A DNA stretch of 64,000 nt from Eledone cirrhosa (GCA_964016885.1 OZ024741.1:199330001-199394000); one strand, 5' to 3'; shown: positions 11,216 through 25,210, numbered from the stretch's first letter. A program made the numbers and translations. Notes: generated from the letters alone by a model not told the origin.

Positions 11216-11864
11216 ACATTTATGCTGAATTCATGCTGCATACTTCTAATGCTGCCATCATTAATATTAAAAGGTCAACACTAGTGTCATAGAAAGCACT
11301 AGAACTTTGGTGCCATCATATTTTGTGTGTGTGTAAAAGAAATCAAAGAGTTTTTATTATAGTAATGTTCTATGTAATTTGGGTAACTGATGCTGTTATT
11401 AGTGAATTGTCATTTTGAACAATTTGGCCAATAAAAAAGACTTACTTTCCTGAATTGAACAAGAAAAACTGATTTTTCTTCTTCCATTCCTTGCTTCCTT
11501 CTTTCCAATCTCTCCTATTCAATGGTTTTACTTTCTTCTTCACTGAGAAATTTAACGATCAGAGAAATTGATTTCAATAGATTTGATTTGGCTTTGGCAA
11601 AATTGACATTTTCAGCTGTCTAATTTTAGATTATCCAGCTTAGTTATTTGTCTCAGTTGTATGTTAACATTTCAAACCACTGCTCTCTATGCCATCAGTC
11701 CATGCATAACATATATATACTTGTTGGGGAGAGGAAGAGATTGTGAAGTGATGGATAAAGACTATGTTTTAGCATCAAACCATTTGCAAATATAGAAAAA
11801 GAGATGGAAGTGTTATTTTTTTTTTAGGAATTATTGAATTATTTTGATGATGTGGTTCAAAAAT

Positions 11865-12080
11865 TGATTTCTAATTTAGGCATACAGCCAACAAATTTGG
11901 GGGGAGGACAAAGTTGATTAAATAAACTCCTCTACTTGACTGGTATTTTATTTTGTTGGACCCAGAAGGACGGAAGACAAAGTTGACCTTGGCAGGGTTT
12001 GAATTGAGAATATAAGTAGCCAGAACAAATACTGCTGAGCATTTATCTAATGCTCTAATGACTCAGCCAATCTGTTGCCC
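11865..12080 (-). mobile_element. Older SINE family 1 copy
   Basis: Diverged match to the family consensus. Confidence 0.7.
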
Positions 12081-12099
12081 TAGCCACATCAGTAATAAT

Positions 12100-12540
12100 A
12101 TATTTCTTTAAACTATTTCACTCTACTTTCGTAGATATATTGGGTATGTCCAGTTTTCAAATAAGGTGTTTTTAAATCCTGGATATCTGATATTGCAATA
12201 ATGTTTCATCAAATTGCTTTACTTTATTTTCAAAGGAACAGTAGATAACGCTATGTCCAGTACTTAAATAACATTTCTTTAAATCTTTTCACTCTACTTT
12301 CAAAGAGACAGTGGGTGATGGTATGTCCACAACAACATTTCTTCAAATGTTACAACAACATTTCTTCGAATCACTTTGCTCTATTTTTGAAGGAACAGTA
12401 GATAATGCTATGTCCAGTATTGAAATAACATTTCTTTATATCATTTCACTCTACTTTCAAAGAAAACAGTGGGTCACGGAATGTCCAGTTTTGAAATAAT
12501 CTTTCATTAAATCCTGGATTACGGTACATCTGGTATTTAG
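12100..12540. repeat. Degenerate tandem repeat (CACTCTACTTTCAAAG...TATGTCCAGT units)
   Basis: Motif recurs at about 12120, 12240, 12290, 12390 and 12450. Confidence 0.6.
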
Positions 12541-13107
12541 TTTCTCCTAATTTTCAGTTGCTCTGGTAAAGAATGCTGTTGTTATTGTGGTTGTTGTTTT
12601 CCTTATGTTCTATCATTGTTGCTGTTGTTGCCATGTCAGTACTATTATTGATATTGTTAGTATTGATAGTGATGTTATTGTTCACAATATTAATTCTATC
12701 ACACTCAAAGTTTTTCAAAGAATCGTTTTTTCATTTATATTACAAACTATTTTTTTTTCTTTCCAAAAAGAATTTCTTCTAGTTTTCTTAGTGGGACTTT
12801 TTGTTTATATTCCTCTATGCATACAAGGCTGTTGCCACCATTGTGTGAATCTCCTCCATTGCCATTCGAGGATTCCATGTTTAGAATTTTTTTTTATGTT
12901 ATCCTAGTCAAAAATTTAAAACCTCAAATAAAGGAAACTTAAAATAATTTTTATCAACATTAGGAAAAGTGGACATTACAAAATTAAGCACAAACTCCCA
13001 TTTAAAACAGTTTACATCAAAAAGGAAAACAGAAAATACTTGAATCATAAATAAATATTAATCAAGGGGCAGTAAAAAAAAGATCCTACTTTCCACTATT
13101 AACCTTT

Positions 13108-13775
13108 TTATAATAATAATTTCTTTTATTGGCCACAAGGGCCCAGGACATTTGGGAACAATACAAGGACAAAGGTAACACAACACAATGTGTGGTTTAC
13201 ATCAAGTAAAAGAAAGGGGACATCACTGAAGTGAAAACAGTAGAAATAACAATAATAGAAATTGTAATAATTATACATAAAAATAGAAAAAAAAGAAGAA
13301 AAAATAACAAATGTCAACAAGGACAAATTCCCCAATAGCGATGGAACTGCATGTTAGGGTAATCTTAGGGAGAAACCCCACACAAAGTCCCAAATTACTG
13401 TTATTTGATGGGCATTAAAAGTTCCTTCTTTCAGTTTAGAAACATATAGTCAGGTTAGGCCTGTTCAGTTGTGTCAATCTCCCCACTCTCATTCATCTTT
13501 CACAAAACACATTAGAAAGCACCACCTCCTTCTCTACCCTCACCTTTCTCTTCAAGTAAAACTTGAAGTTGATGAGGGCTTAAATGGAAAGTTCCTGTCC
13601 TCAATCCTTTTGATGAGTCCACCATACAGTTTTCTTCACCATAGCTACCAGACAGAGAAAGAGTTGCTGTGCCTCTCTTCTAAAAGAAGGTGGTAGTTCA
13701 ATATTCCTTATAGACCTGGCTGATAGTCAGATCAGTCGTACACAGGATAGCAGTTGTTGGACATAAGCCCACAAC
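13108..13775 (-). mobile_element. Tx1/L1-like LINE 3' fragment
   Basis: Similar to the C-terminus at 34585-34956; ends GGCCCTTGTGGCCAATAAAAGAAATTATTATT. Confidence 0.7.
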
Positions 13776-13779
13776 TCTG

Positions 13780-13950
13780 TTTTCTGATTTAGGCACAAGG
13801 CCAAATCATTTTGGGGAGAGGAAAGTCGATTAAATCGACCCCATTGCATGACTGGTACTTTATTTTATCGACCCCGTAAGGATAAAAGGCAAAGCTAACC
13901 TCGGCAGGATTTGAAGTTGGAACATAAAGAACCAGAGCTAAATATTTTCC
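13780..13950 (-). mobile_element. SINE family 1
   Basis: Consensus match. Confidence 0.8.
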
Positions 13951-14321
13951 CAATGCTCTTAAATGTATTTGCTTCGACTTACTTTACTAATACTTTCCTC
14001 CTTAACTTCCTCTACACAGTCTCAGAGGTCCTCAAAGGGCCATAGGCACTAAACATTAAAAGAAATATGTATATTTATATATATATATATATATGATCAT
14101 ATCCTCTATGTATTTATATATATATATGTCTTTTCTTTGTCTGAAACTTTCTGTCACTTCATTTTTGGAACTCATAAACTCTTAACCATTACACCCATAT
14201 ATACAATATGTACATACATACACACACATTCATATTTACAGACATAAATATATACACACAGAGAGAAAACCTTAAAAGTTTAGTACAAAATCTTTTAATG
14301 AACTGTAATTGACATTTATCA

Positions 14322-14445
14322 TTGTGAAGTTATACCAGTGACTTGAGAGTCAGGAGTTTCATGCCTAAAAGTACTCTTCACACAGTTTGAAAAGTACCCT
14401 TAAGTATGAAACTTTTGACCCTCAAGTCACTGGTATAATTTTACA
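14322..14445. repeat. Imperfect ~125-bp palindrome
   Basis: TTATACCAGTGACTTGAG...CTCAAGTCACTGGTATAA. Confidence 0.8.
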
Positions 14446-15479
14446 CCTATAATAATAACTATAATAATAATAATTGTTTCTACTTTTGGCACAAGGCCAG
14501 CAATTACCCCAGTGCATTACTGGTGTCTTAAGATGCATTTTTAAAAGATAGAGAAAGAGAGAGGAATTAGATATCTAAAGATTCAGTCACTTCACAAACT
14601 TTACTGCATATTCCTTCTCTTCTTTGACCCTCTTATATATTGTCAAAAATATAATGACAGTTTCATTTCATCAAAGCCTCTCTCTCTCTCTCTCTGTAGA
14701 AGTGTATATGTGTATGTAAAAGTTATGACACAGTGATGTCACAAGTAATATTCAGTTTAGTACTATTTTACTGTTTAGTACTATTTCAATGATCCCATCT
14801 GTAATTTTCAACAGATATGGCATTATCTATAATTACTACAACTCTTGGAGTACACTAGTGATAATAATTGAGAATTGAGCTACAAACTTGTGAAAATATA
14901 ATCAATTACGTAATTGAACATGAATTAAGATTCGAGCTTCATATACTGATTGAATTGAGAATACACTGGAGTTATTTTCTGTTGCTCTCTGTAGGTCTAT
15001 GAAAGGATTTGAGTTTAACATTTCTTTCCTGACTGACAAAAACTAAAACTACAACTATCACTCGCAATCAAGTATGACTTGGTAGTATGTACCATGCTTT
15101 TACTAAGTGTTTTAGGTGACCATGAAGTCACAAGTAAACACATACACCCTCCTGACTCTCCCTCTTTTAATCCAGCAAAACAGTCAAGATGTAACTGCTG
15201 AAAAGAAAAATGGCTGCACCAGCATGAGCTGGTATTTTCTTTATCAGTCCTGAAAGGATGTTAGGCAAAGTAGACCTCAGTGGCATTTGAACTCAAAATA
15301 CAGGAACAAATATCCAACACTCTAACAACTCTGCCAAATTGATTGCTTTGCTCACTGGCTAATGAAGCATTTATCAAATATATATATAGCCTTGCTACAT
15401 ACAGCATTGAATTATACATATTAATACAACTGTTAACAGTTAGGTGGAATATGAGATTCAATGCAACACAAGGAGATCC

Positions 15480-15805
15480 CTTCAGTGATGAATGACCATG
15501 GGTTTTGCACCTAGAAAGTTCCTCTCTGGGGTACAAGCCCAAGCAAGGGGTTTTTGTGGAAAACCACTCCCCTCTTTACACTACCAAAATTGTCCAAGGG
15601 AAAGGTAAAGGTTGATACAGTTTGGCACCAGTGATGTCACAACTCATTTCTACAGCTGAGTGAACTAAAGTGCTTTGTTCACTAAATGTGAAATAAAGTG
15701 CTTTGTTCATGAACACAACAGAATGCACTGCCCAGTTCAGGAATCAAACTCACAATCTTGCAATTGTGAGCCCAATGCGCCAACCACTAAACCACGTGCC
15801 TTCAC
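15480..15805 (-). mobile_element. SINE family 2 variant
   Basis: Diverged relative of 22595-22925. Confidence 0.65.
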
Positions 15806-15959
15806 ATTGCAACATAAATAATAAGATATCTATACAAACTTCTTTGGTTGTTCTTACTCTACATTTTGACTTGAACACTGTTTTATTTCAGTTGGATTAT
15901 ATAATGTTTGCTAAAGAAAAAAAGAAAAAACATAAATAACAAAAGTAAGGGAAAGGAAA

Positions 15960-16200
15960 GGGAGGAGGCAGTGGCAGACTTTACACCCCAGTCTAGGTGG
16001 TATATTTCAGCTGCACCCTGCAGACAAAATGGCAAAGACATTGGTGGAAGAACAACCAGCAACACCCGCTGCATTAGCCTCTCTACCCCACAGGGCTCCT
16101 ATAGATGGGATGCTTTCCTCCCAATTTTACTGAGAAAAATGGCAGTTCAGAGGTCCTAAGAGCGACTGGCACAGAAAAGAAGCAGTCAGTCATGCTTTGG
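15960..16200 (+). repeat. Unclassified ~230-bp dispersed repeat (also ~24300-24540 minus, ~55480-55660 plus)
   Basis: GGCAGACTYTACACC...CTAGGTRGTATATTTCA shared between copies. Confidence 0.6.
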
Positions 16201-16684
16201 TTTTAGACCAGCATCCTAAACACATCTAGAAATATAACAACCTAGAATCATTCAATATCATTAAGATACATATTAACTATATGCACCTGCCTCTGTTATG
16301 AATAACATACATACTACAAAAACTTTACAAAAGTTTACAAATGCTAGACCTAACAATCTCTTATAACTTACCATGGCATCTTTACCATAGGGGCTAGAAT
16401 TCTTCTTCAGGGACAGAGAGCACTTTGACTCTAAATATTTACTGATCCTCAACAGGTGGACGTTTTCACAAGTTCTATCTCATTGTGCTGCTTTCATAAC
16501 ATCTGCTCTTTACTACATCAATCTGATCCTGTTCCAAGATGTCTGTCATACTGCTTGTCAACAGAACACTCGTCAATTAATTATACAGCCTTTATGATTC
16601 TTACGACAATGACCTCTCTATAATGCATACATTTATATATTCTAAAGAAAGGGTTCTTGTTGCTAAAGCTTTAATTCTCTTCAT

Positions 16685-16930
16685 GCTATTTCTATCAATA
16701 CAAAACCATGAGAACATAATACAAAATAGTTTGGGTATCTCCATTTCATTTCCACCAACACAAAATCATGAAAACAATAAAAAGTAGTTGGGCCTTGTCA
16801 TACAATTTCTACCAACACAAAGTCATGAAAACACAATAAAAAGTAGTTGGGCTTTGTCATAACATTTCTACCAATACAATAAAAAGTAGTTGGCCCTTGT
16901 CATACCATTTTTGCCAACATAATAACCATG
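16685..16930. repeat. Degenerate ~57-bp minisatellite
   Basis: Repeated CCAACACAAA.TCATGAAAACAATAAAAAGTAGTTGGGC. Confidence 0.75.
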
Positions 16931-17389
16931 ACCAAGTAGTCTGGCCATGTTAGTTGTTGTTGATGTATCATAGCTGTCTGAACTGATTTTATTATGGAGG
17001 TAGCTGGTGAAACAAATGAATTGAATTAGTGTTTCAAGCTGCAGCCGTCCATCTTTATAGTATGCATAATTCATAGAATTTAAAATGTTGTGTTCCCAGT
17101 TGAAAGGTGTTGGAGCATTTGTTGTTGGGATGAGGGAGATTGTGACATTAAGCAGAATAAAAAATAAACTACATGTTATCTAGAGCTTGCAAGTCACTAG
17201 ATTATTTATGAAGGTGAACAATTGCTACTTGTTAATGGGAAAAAAGATTTAATATATAATTACTTTCCCTGGTGTGAAATATTTCTGAAATACTTCTATG
17301 GTTGTTGATATATTTCTTTTGATATGTTCAAATGCTAATATACTTCAGTGGTATAGTAAGATATTGATTAATATGAACCTGTATTGTTG

Positions 17390-17511
17390 CATACTGACAT
17401 ATGACTATGATAATGTTGTTACATACTGACATATGACTATGATAATGTTGTTACATACTGACATATGACTATGATAATGTTGTTACATACTGACATATGT
17501 CTATGATAATG
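17390..17511. repeat. 32-bp tandem repeat, about 3.8 copies
   Basis: CATACTGACATATGACTATGATAATGTTGTTA at 17390, 17422, 17454, 17486. Confidence 0.95.
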
Positions 17512-17549
17512 GGACATACCAATATAGTTTTTGGGATAGATAAGAAGGA

Positions 17550-17900
17550 TAAGATAGGCAATATGATTCACAGGAGCATCAGCCTTGTTAATAGTGGTTA
17601 ATAAGAAGACAGAAAAATAGTGTGTTTCTGAGCAAGGGTTTGTGAGTGTGTGAATCTTGACTAAATAGCTTAATAGAGGTCGTTTTTTGTGCTCTAGAAT
17701 ATTTGTTTGTGTAGCAGCTGTGCCATTCCAGATATGTGAGCAATAATACTACCATATTGATGTATCTCCCGGTGTAATATCTCTAGGTTGAGATTCTAAA
17801 TGAGAGTATCTTCAAATTTTGATAGAGAAACCATCAAATCAAGTCAGTGACATATATTATGTTATTATCTCCTTTGAGTTTTACTTCCAGACAAGAGATA
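17550..17900 (-). pseudogene. Very degraded CR1/L2-group LINE C-terminal remnant
   Basis: YYCSHIWNG motif on the minus strand. Confidence 0.4.
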
Positions 17901-18299
17901 GGCTAAGAAAAGAATAGAGAAAAGCAATATTGAATATGTGTGTCTGATTAAGTGTGTTATTTCTATTACTTACACCACTTCCTATAGTCCTAACATTCAC
18001 ATATAGTAAGGAAGGACATTTCCTAAAAATTTACTGCTATTACTGTTCTCGCGTGTGTTACAAATGTGTCACACTTATGTTACAGCTGTGACATTTATTA
18101 CTTATGAAGATACAATGTTTGTAATAAATGATTTCATTTACTGAAACACCTCTCATCATCATTATTATCAATTTTGTTTTATTAGAAAAGGAAGCTAATT
18201 ACTGTAATGTCAAAGTGTTTATGCATGATACAAGACATTTAGTCTGTCATACCACCAATACTACCAAATTCATCATCATCATGAGGGCTGCAAAGCTAC

Positions 18300-18650
18300 T
18301 GCCCACATTAGCCTCAAATATTACTGCAACCTTTGATTCTTTTAGTTTATCCACATTGAGACTTTTACAGTATAAACTTGGACATCGTTAATGCCTTGCT
18401 GAAATTACAGTTGACCAAGGAAGGTACTGGTATAGGCCTTATTAATACTGCACTTGACTTTTCTCCAGTGCAGTATGAAGTTAAAGTGGTTATGAGTCTC
18501 ATCATTAAGTGCTTGCAACATTGTCATCTGGAAGTCTTGAGTGGGACCTGTGTGTTGGCTAGAGTAAGCATGCTAGCAAATTCTAAAAGTTGTGAACCAG
18601 GATTGTTTGTTACTTCAAATCCAAATTAGCTCACTATCTCTGCCCACAAA
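18300..18650 (-). pseudogene. Very degraded RTE AP-endonuclease remnant
   Basis: GFEVTNNPGSQLLEFASMLTLANT motif. Confidence 0.45.
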
Positions 18651-19868
18651 TCATTTGCATCCAATGCCAAATTAAACACCCTAAATAGCAGGCAAAATAT
18701 TTTCACTCTCTATAATGGAATATATTAATTTGATAAAGTCTACTGAACTAAAATTTCCCCCTTTTTTTAAAATATTTGTAGCAATATCTATTTTTAATAT
18801 ATATATTTTTTTTTACTTCTATATCTGTAATTGCACCTCATCTGTTTATATTTCTGTGATGCACCAGAAAAAAAAGCATGATTGAGATTGCTCCGTTAGA
18901 TAAAGCCATTTTCTTTCACAATATTGCTACCTTTAGAAAAGGTGTAAAGATCACAAAATCCTTAATCCTCTTCTGGTGAAATAAAGGGATTTTGTGCCTC
19001 ATTAAATCTGTATTAATAATGCTAATATCCTTGGAAAAGACATAACTGCCACAAAATCCTTAATCCTCTTCTGGTGAAATAGAAGGATTTTTAGTGTGTA
19101 TCCGGTATCCAACCAGTATTTATACAGTTATGTGATATAAGGTCAACACTAATATATTTTTGCATAATATTCACCTATCTAGATATTTGTGGTTTGCTAT
19201 AGCTATATGATATAGCAATATTATTTTAAATGGATTATTTACTGATTTGTATTTGGCTAAAAGGAACCTAGTCTGTGTTCATGCTGAATCACGAGATGGT
19301 GCAGAAATTCGTTTTTCTGGTGTGCTATGAGACAGAGGTGCTTGTTATTCACCTTTTACAAACTAAAATGTGTTTTCAAAACTAGTGCTTCAAATGTGTC
19401 TGTTGATTGACAGAGGTGATGATAATATGTGTATGAAATTAGTTAGCTTCATACTTCTGTAATATGGTGGCATGCTGATTTACTTCAATAATACAGTAAC
19501 TGTTCCTATATTCTTTTATTGTTTTACTGGTTTCAGTCATTAGATGGCAACCATGCTTGAATGTACAAGATATAATATGTTGATAAATTTCTTTGTTACG
19601 ATTTATTTCTGGAATGTGATTGGTAATATTGTAGTAGTGAAATGATTGCTGTGGGATAGATAAATAATGTTTCAAAAGAAAACTAAATGTAAATTACTTA
19701 TCTGACAAGCCAATTCTCAGTTGCAAGTTAAGAATTTCAAACAATTTGGTAATCAAAAGGATAACTACACTTTTCAGATTTGTGTTGCTTTGACTATGTT
19801 TTTACTGTTCTTTTCATTACTTTCTTATGTTGAGATTTTATACCCCTTTCTTTTTTCCTAAATTGCAG

Positions 19869-20026
19869 GCTCATGTACGGAAAATCATTGCTCAAAGATT
19901 CGCTAATAATTTACGTGAACAAAAACAGCTTGAAGAAGAGCGTATTAGACAAGAACTACTTGAACAAGAACGTCTGGAAAAAGAACAAGAAGCTGCTGAT
20001 GAAGAACTTATTGAAGAATCATTGCG
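19869..20026 (+). CDS. Internal coding exon: IQ-like motif plus charged helix (SAH/coiled coil), probable unconventional myosin neck
   Basis: Polypyrimidine tract + TTGCAG acceptor; open frame AHVRKIIAQRFANNLREQKQLEEERIRQELLEQERLEKEQEAADEELIEESL(R); donor CG|GTTAGT in phase 2, matching the exon at 40397. Confidence 0.85.
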
Positions 20027-20877
20027 GTTAGTATGCGTCTAATAACTTTTAGATTTTCTTTACTATCAAAGATTTCTATAATTTGAAATGAGAAAGGAAA
20101 AGAGAATTAAGTCATTTTAGTTTCTTTTGTAATTTTGATTTTGATAACTAATAAGAATAAGTCAACTGAATTCAAAGGAACAGTCTAGATGGTAGTAAGG
20201 TTGTATTGTATCTTTCACAAAGAACAAGTTATCTTCCAGTATATGCAAGCAGATAAAGGAAGCATGTTTTGTATATATTTACAGCACCCAGTCTATACAA
20301 GCCAAAAAATGATTCTATATGCACTCAGTTGACTTGCTAAAAATAGCAACCAAATTTTCCTAAATCAAACCCTACATTCTTAAAAAAAGAACATTTTAAT
20401 CAAAGTAATACTAGATTTACAAAAGGACAGAATGTTCACAGCTAAAATGTCTTAGAGCTAAACAACTACATTATACCTGCTCTACATTAATTGACAATAC
20501 CTTGATTCATTTTGAAATCTTGCTTTCTTTTTCTATGAACATTTCTACTTTATACTTTAAAGCAGCTCCCTTATATTCCTTTACAACATATGCTTATTCT
20601 TTAGTAACAATATTTCTTTCATTTTAATCTTGTAACACATAAGAGATAGTACACATGATGGAGAGCTAGTTTTGAAGCTCATTTCTTTATAGGAATTATT
20701 ATAGTTTGGTATCTCATTTCTTTATAGAAGGGTTTATAGTTTGGGTACTACATTTCTTCATTGAATGATTTATAGTTTAGTAGTTCCTTATTTACTTCAT
20801 TATATTTTTCCACCAAACTTCAGTGAGTAAACATTATGCTGGAGACTATTTACTGTTTATTATTACAAGCCATTCTG

Positions 20878-21762
20878 TGTTTCATCCTTACGGGGTCGAT
20901 AAAATAAAGTACCAGTAATGCACTGGGTAATTGCTGACCTTGTGCCAAAAGTAGAAACAATTATTACAATAAAAGAGTGTGGTAGATTGGACAAAATGCC
21001 TTTGCAGTATTTGTTCAGCCCTTTCACATTTTGAGTTCAAATCCCACCAAGGCCAGCTTTGCATTCCATCCTTTTGAAGGTCAAGTACTGGAGTCAATAT
21101 AATCGACTTTCCCATTCTCCCAAATTTCTGGCCTTGTGCCAATGCTAGAAAGAATTATTACAACAAAACTGAGAGGCTGTGGATTGACAGAATCATTAGA
21201 GTGAGCGTTAAAACAATGACAACGATAATGATGATTATTATTAGAGCATCAGGCAAATGCTTTCTGGTATCTATTATAGCTCTTCAGAGAAGGGCGGTGG
21301 ATTGGCAGTATCGGTAGAGAGTCGGACACCATGCTTTCCAGCATAGTTACGTCCCTTTACGGTCTGAGTTCAAATCCCGCCGAGGTTTACTTTGCCTTTC
21401 ATCCTTACGGGGTCGATAAAATAAAGTACCAGTAATACACTGGTTAATTGCTGGCCTTGTGCTTAAAGTAGAAACAATTATAGCTCTTCAGGTTCTGAGT
21501 TCAAATCCAATTTTGGCTTTCATTCTAGTACTAAGTTTGATTTAATTGACTTTCCCTTCCTCTAAATTACTGGCCCTGTGCCTAGTATCGGTAGAGGGTC
21601 AGACACCATGCTTTGCAGCAAAGAGTTACGGCCCTTTATGGTCTGAGTTCAAATCCCGCCGAGGTTAATTTTGCCTTTCATCCTTACGGGGTTAATAAAA
21701 TAAAGTACCAGTAATGTACTGGGATAATTGCTGGCCTTGTGCCAAAAGTAAAAACAATTATT
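20878..21762 (+). mobile_element. Nested cluster of SINE family 1 copies
   Basis: Young copy 21290-21480 with TSD ATTATAGCTCTTCAG inserted into an older copy; further copies on both sides. Confidence 0.88.
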
Positions 21763-22589
21763 ACAATAAAGCTAGTTATCTAACTCATTAAATGACATCA
21801 TCACAAAATTCAAGTGAAGAAATGGAGTGTAATTATTTAATTTTGATCTTCAATAAGTTTCATATATTGCACTAAATAACCTTTTGAAAATCTTGTGGGC
21901 TACATTTTGCCATTCCCTCCATTAGTCTACTGTATTATATATAATTTAAACATCAATATTCATCTCCATATTCCTCATTCTCTCCACCACTCCTATGTTT
22001 CTCTGTCTTTTTTTGCACCTCTTTGTTTCTTTATTTGCTCCTTCTGCTTTCATGAGTGTATCATATGAATTATCATCACAATCATTGTGTACTATATGAA
22101 TTGTCATCACAATCAATATGTGGAAAACACTCAACTCTTTCAATTGGTAATATGAACAATAGTCACTTGGCTGGATCTGTCAGACCCAACTGGGTCATTT
22201 TAATAACTGGTTAACAAAACATATCACAGATCTCGTGTATAGTCCAACTGCTGAACTGTGGACATACTCTGTGGTGGAAGTGCTGGCACCACAAAAAAAA
22301 GGGCTAAATCAACCCTGTCAGGCAGTTAATGGGAAAAAGGGGGACGCTTGCCGTTTTCTTTACATTTATATCCACCTCACTCAAGAGGTAAAATTTATGC
22401 TTTTCTTACAGATTTTGGTGAGTTTTGAACAAATCTGGCCTTCAAAACTGTCACAAAATGTTTGTTTTTTAGTTAATTGGGTAGAGGTAGAGGCACAATC
22501 AATTCTAGGTTTGGAGGTAAATATTACACCCATCTTGCTTTGGAGATGAAATTTGTTTTTCCTATTGTTTTTGATGTTTTTGAACAAAA

Positions 22590-22925
22590 GGGTAAAGACC
22601 CCCTCCGGTCATGGATGACCATGGGATTTGCACCTAGAAAGTTCTCCTCCAAGGCACAAGTCTGGGCAAGGTTGTTTGTGGAAGACCAGCAGTCGCTCAT
22701 GCATACCTACCTCCCCTCTCCAACCACTAATGTTGTCCAAGGGAAAGGCAATGGCCGATACAGTTTGGCATGTGATGTTGCATCTCATTTCTACAGCTGA
22801 GTAAATTGGAGCAATGTGAAATAAAGTGTCTTGCTCAAGAACACAACACAAAGCCTGGTCCGAGAATCAAATTCACAACCTTCTGATTGCAAGCCCAATG
22901 CTCTAACCACTAAGCCACACACCTT
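22590..22925 (-). mobile_element. SINE family 2 head with a different (BovB-like) 3' tail
   Basis: Same tRNA head and core as 9830-9955; 3' end GGAGGGGGTCTTTACCCTTT. Confidence 0.75.
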
Positions 22926-25109
22926 CACTTGAACAAATATGGCCTTAAAAACTATTGGAAATTATTCATCTAACTGGGGAGGGGAGCCCCACATAATCCC
23001 ACATTCTACTGGGAGCATGAAGGGCCCTTCCTATCACCATCTACTTTACAGAGTGTAATGATAACATTTATTGTGTTAATCACCAACACTAGGGAGGTTG
23101 TCATGTCTATGGCACAACTGAAGCTTTTTGACCTTTCCTTTGACAAGTTTTTTTATAATTGGATGTCCTTCCTATTACCAACCACGTTACAAAGTAATGG
23201 ATGTGCATATTATGTTGATCACCAACACTAGAGAGGTTGTCATGCTTCTGACACAGCTAAAGTCCTCTCAACTCTTTTGGCATAGTTACTACACACACAC
23301 ACACACACACACACATACACAGAGAGAGAGGGAAGAGAATATATATATAGAGAGAGAAAGAGAGAGTAGGTATGTATTTATGTATACATCTATACATGCA
23401 CTATGTGTGTGAATGTATATAATTATACCCCACATATGACATCATTCTGTGAATTGTTAGGATCTCAGTCCTTTTCAAAGTGTATGTATATTGATGACAC
23501 TGTGTCCACTTTATTAAGTCCCTAGTGTCACTGTGCCACTGTGACAATGGTCAACTATGAGCAATGCATTGTCAATGAACAACTTCAAGCTATGATTACT
23601 TTAAGCTACTTAGCAAGCCTGTTTCAATTATACACCACTAAAATCATTATATCTCATTATCAGCTTAGTGAGCATTGAATTAAATCTGATACATTTGTTG
23701 CCATCGTTACAGATACAGAGTGAGGTGTGTGTGTCATTGCAGTCAAAGTTAGAAAAGAAATATACAAATTCAATAATAAATTTAAGGATTTATTATTGAC
23801 CAAAACAAATTGGTTATTGTTCTTATAGTTGTTATTGTTCTTGAGTTTATTGTAATTATTGTTGTTGTTGATCTTGTGTTTGTTGTAGTTGCTATTGTTG
23901 TTTGATAGCAATATTTCAGAATGTTGGTATGGTGATAGTAAATGACTGTTAGATTTATGAATTGAGACATGTAGCAGCAGTAGCAGCAGCAGCAGCAATT
24001 GTAGTACTAGTAGGAGGAGGAGGGGTGGGAGGAGTAACAGTACATATGAGTAGGAATAGCAATGATAGTAGTTGTGGTACTAACTACTATGAGTAGTAGT
24101 GGCAGTTGTGACAATTGTAGCAGTATTAGTAACAACAGTTGTAGTTGTATTAGTGTCAATATTATTGTTGTAGTATTAATATTTACTCCAACTTATGGGA
24201 ACAAACTTATGGAACAAACAGTGTGTCTGTTGTCAGGAAGAGCAAACATTCTGTTCTACCAACTACCATGCTATTCCATTGCCCCTATTTCCAGCCAAAA
24301 ACCTGGACTTGACCGACCACTTTCTTTCTGCACTAGTTGCTGTTCAGACCTTTGATCTCTTTAATCCCTGAACTGCCATTTTCCTCTGTAAATTTGAGAG
24401 GGCATCCTGTCTGAGAAAGAACCCCATAGGGAAAGTGGCTGATACAGTAGGTTTAACTGGCTATTCTTCATGTCTATGCTTTTGCCATTTTGTCAGTGAG
24501 GCACAGCTGAAATATACCACCTGGTCTGGGATCTGCTTTCTCTTACTTTTACAGTTTAATTTTTCTCTTTTCTTTTTTTTTCTAAATTTCAAATGTAATA
24601 GAAACTATTGTAAAAAGCTGTTTCAGTGACCACTAAAAGAGTTTTTGTAAAGCCAGGTCTGCCAGAAATTGTTTCTTACACATTTGTGGACCATGGCCAT
24701 CAATAATTATAACAATAGTATTAAATGTATTTAATTTTTGGAGTTCAGGATTGGTATGCCAAATATACTGAGGGTTAATGGTCATTACAATCATACAAAC
24801 TGGGAAATTGCAATGTGATAAAGTTATGCATAAGAGAAATTCTATAGTTTATGTTGATTATTGACATGTTTAAAGATAAAAATGAAATTTTAGTAATTTA
24901 TTTCTAGGATATAATTGCATAAATGTTCATTTTATATGTACAAATGATAAAAAGGCATAACTTTGGAGAAATAACTATTTACAGGGCAAATGTAGGGTTA
25001 GAACCCCAAAGCTTCTGATTGGAAAGCAAACTTATTATTGCAGCATATTGACTAAGATAGGAAATGCATTGTGTGTATTTGTGTGTAAATTTAAAAAAAT
25101 TACAGATAT

Positions 25110-25111
25110 AT

Positions 25112-25143
<32 letters not shown>

Positions 25144-25172
25144 ACGTCCGCTTTTCCCTGCTTGCAAGGGTG

Positions 25173-25210
<38 letters not shown>

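Noticed and set aside
17390-17511. 32-bp repeats resembling a CRISPR array
   Set aside because: No spacers, no cas genes, eukaryotic context
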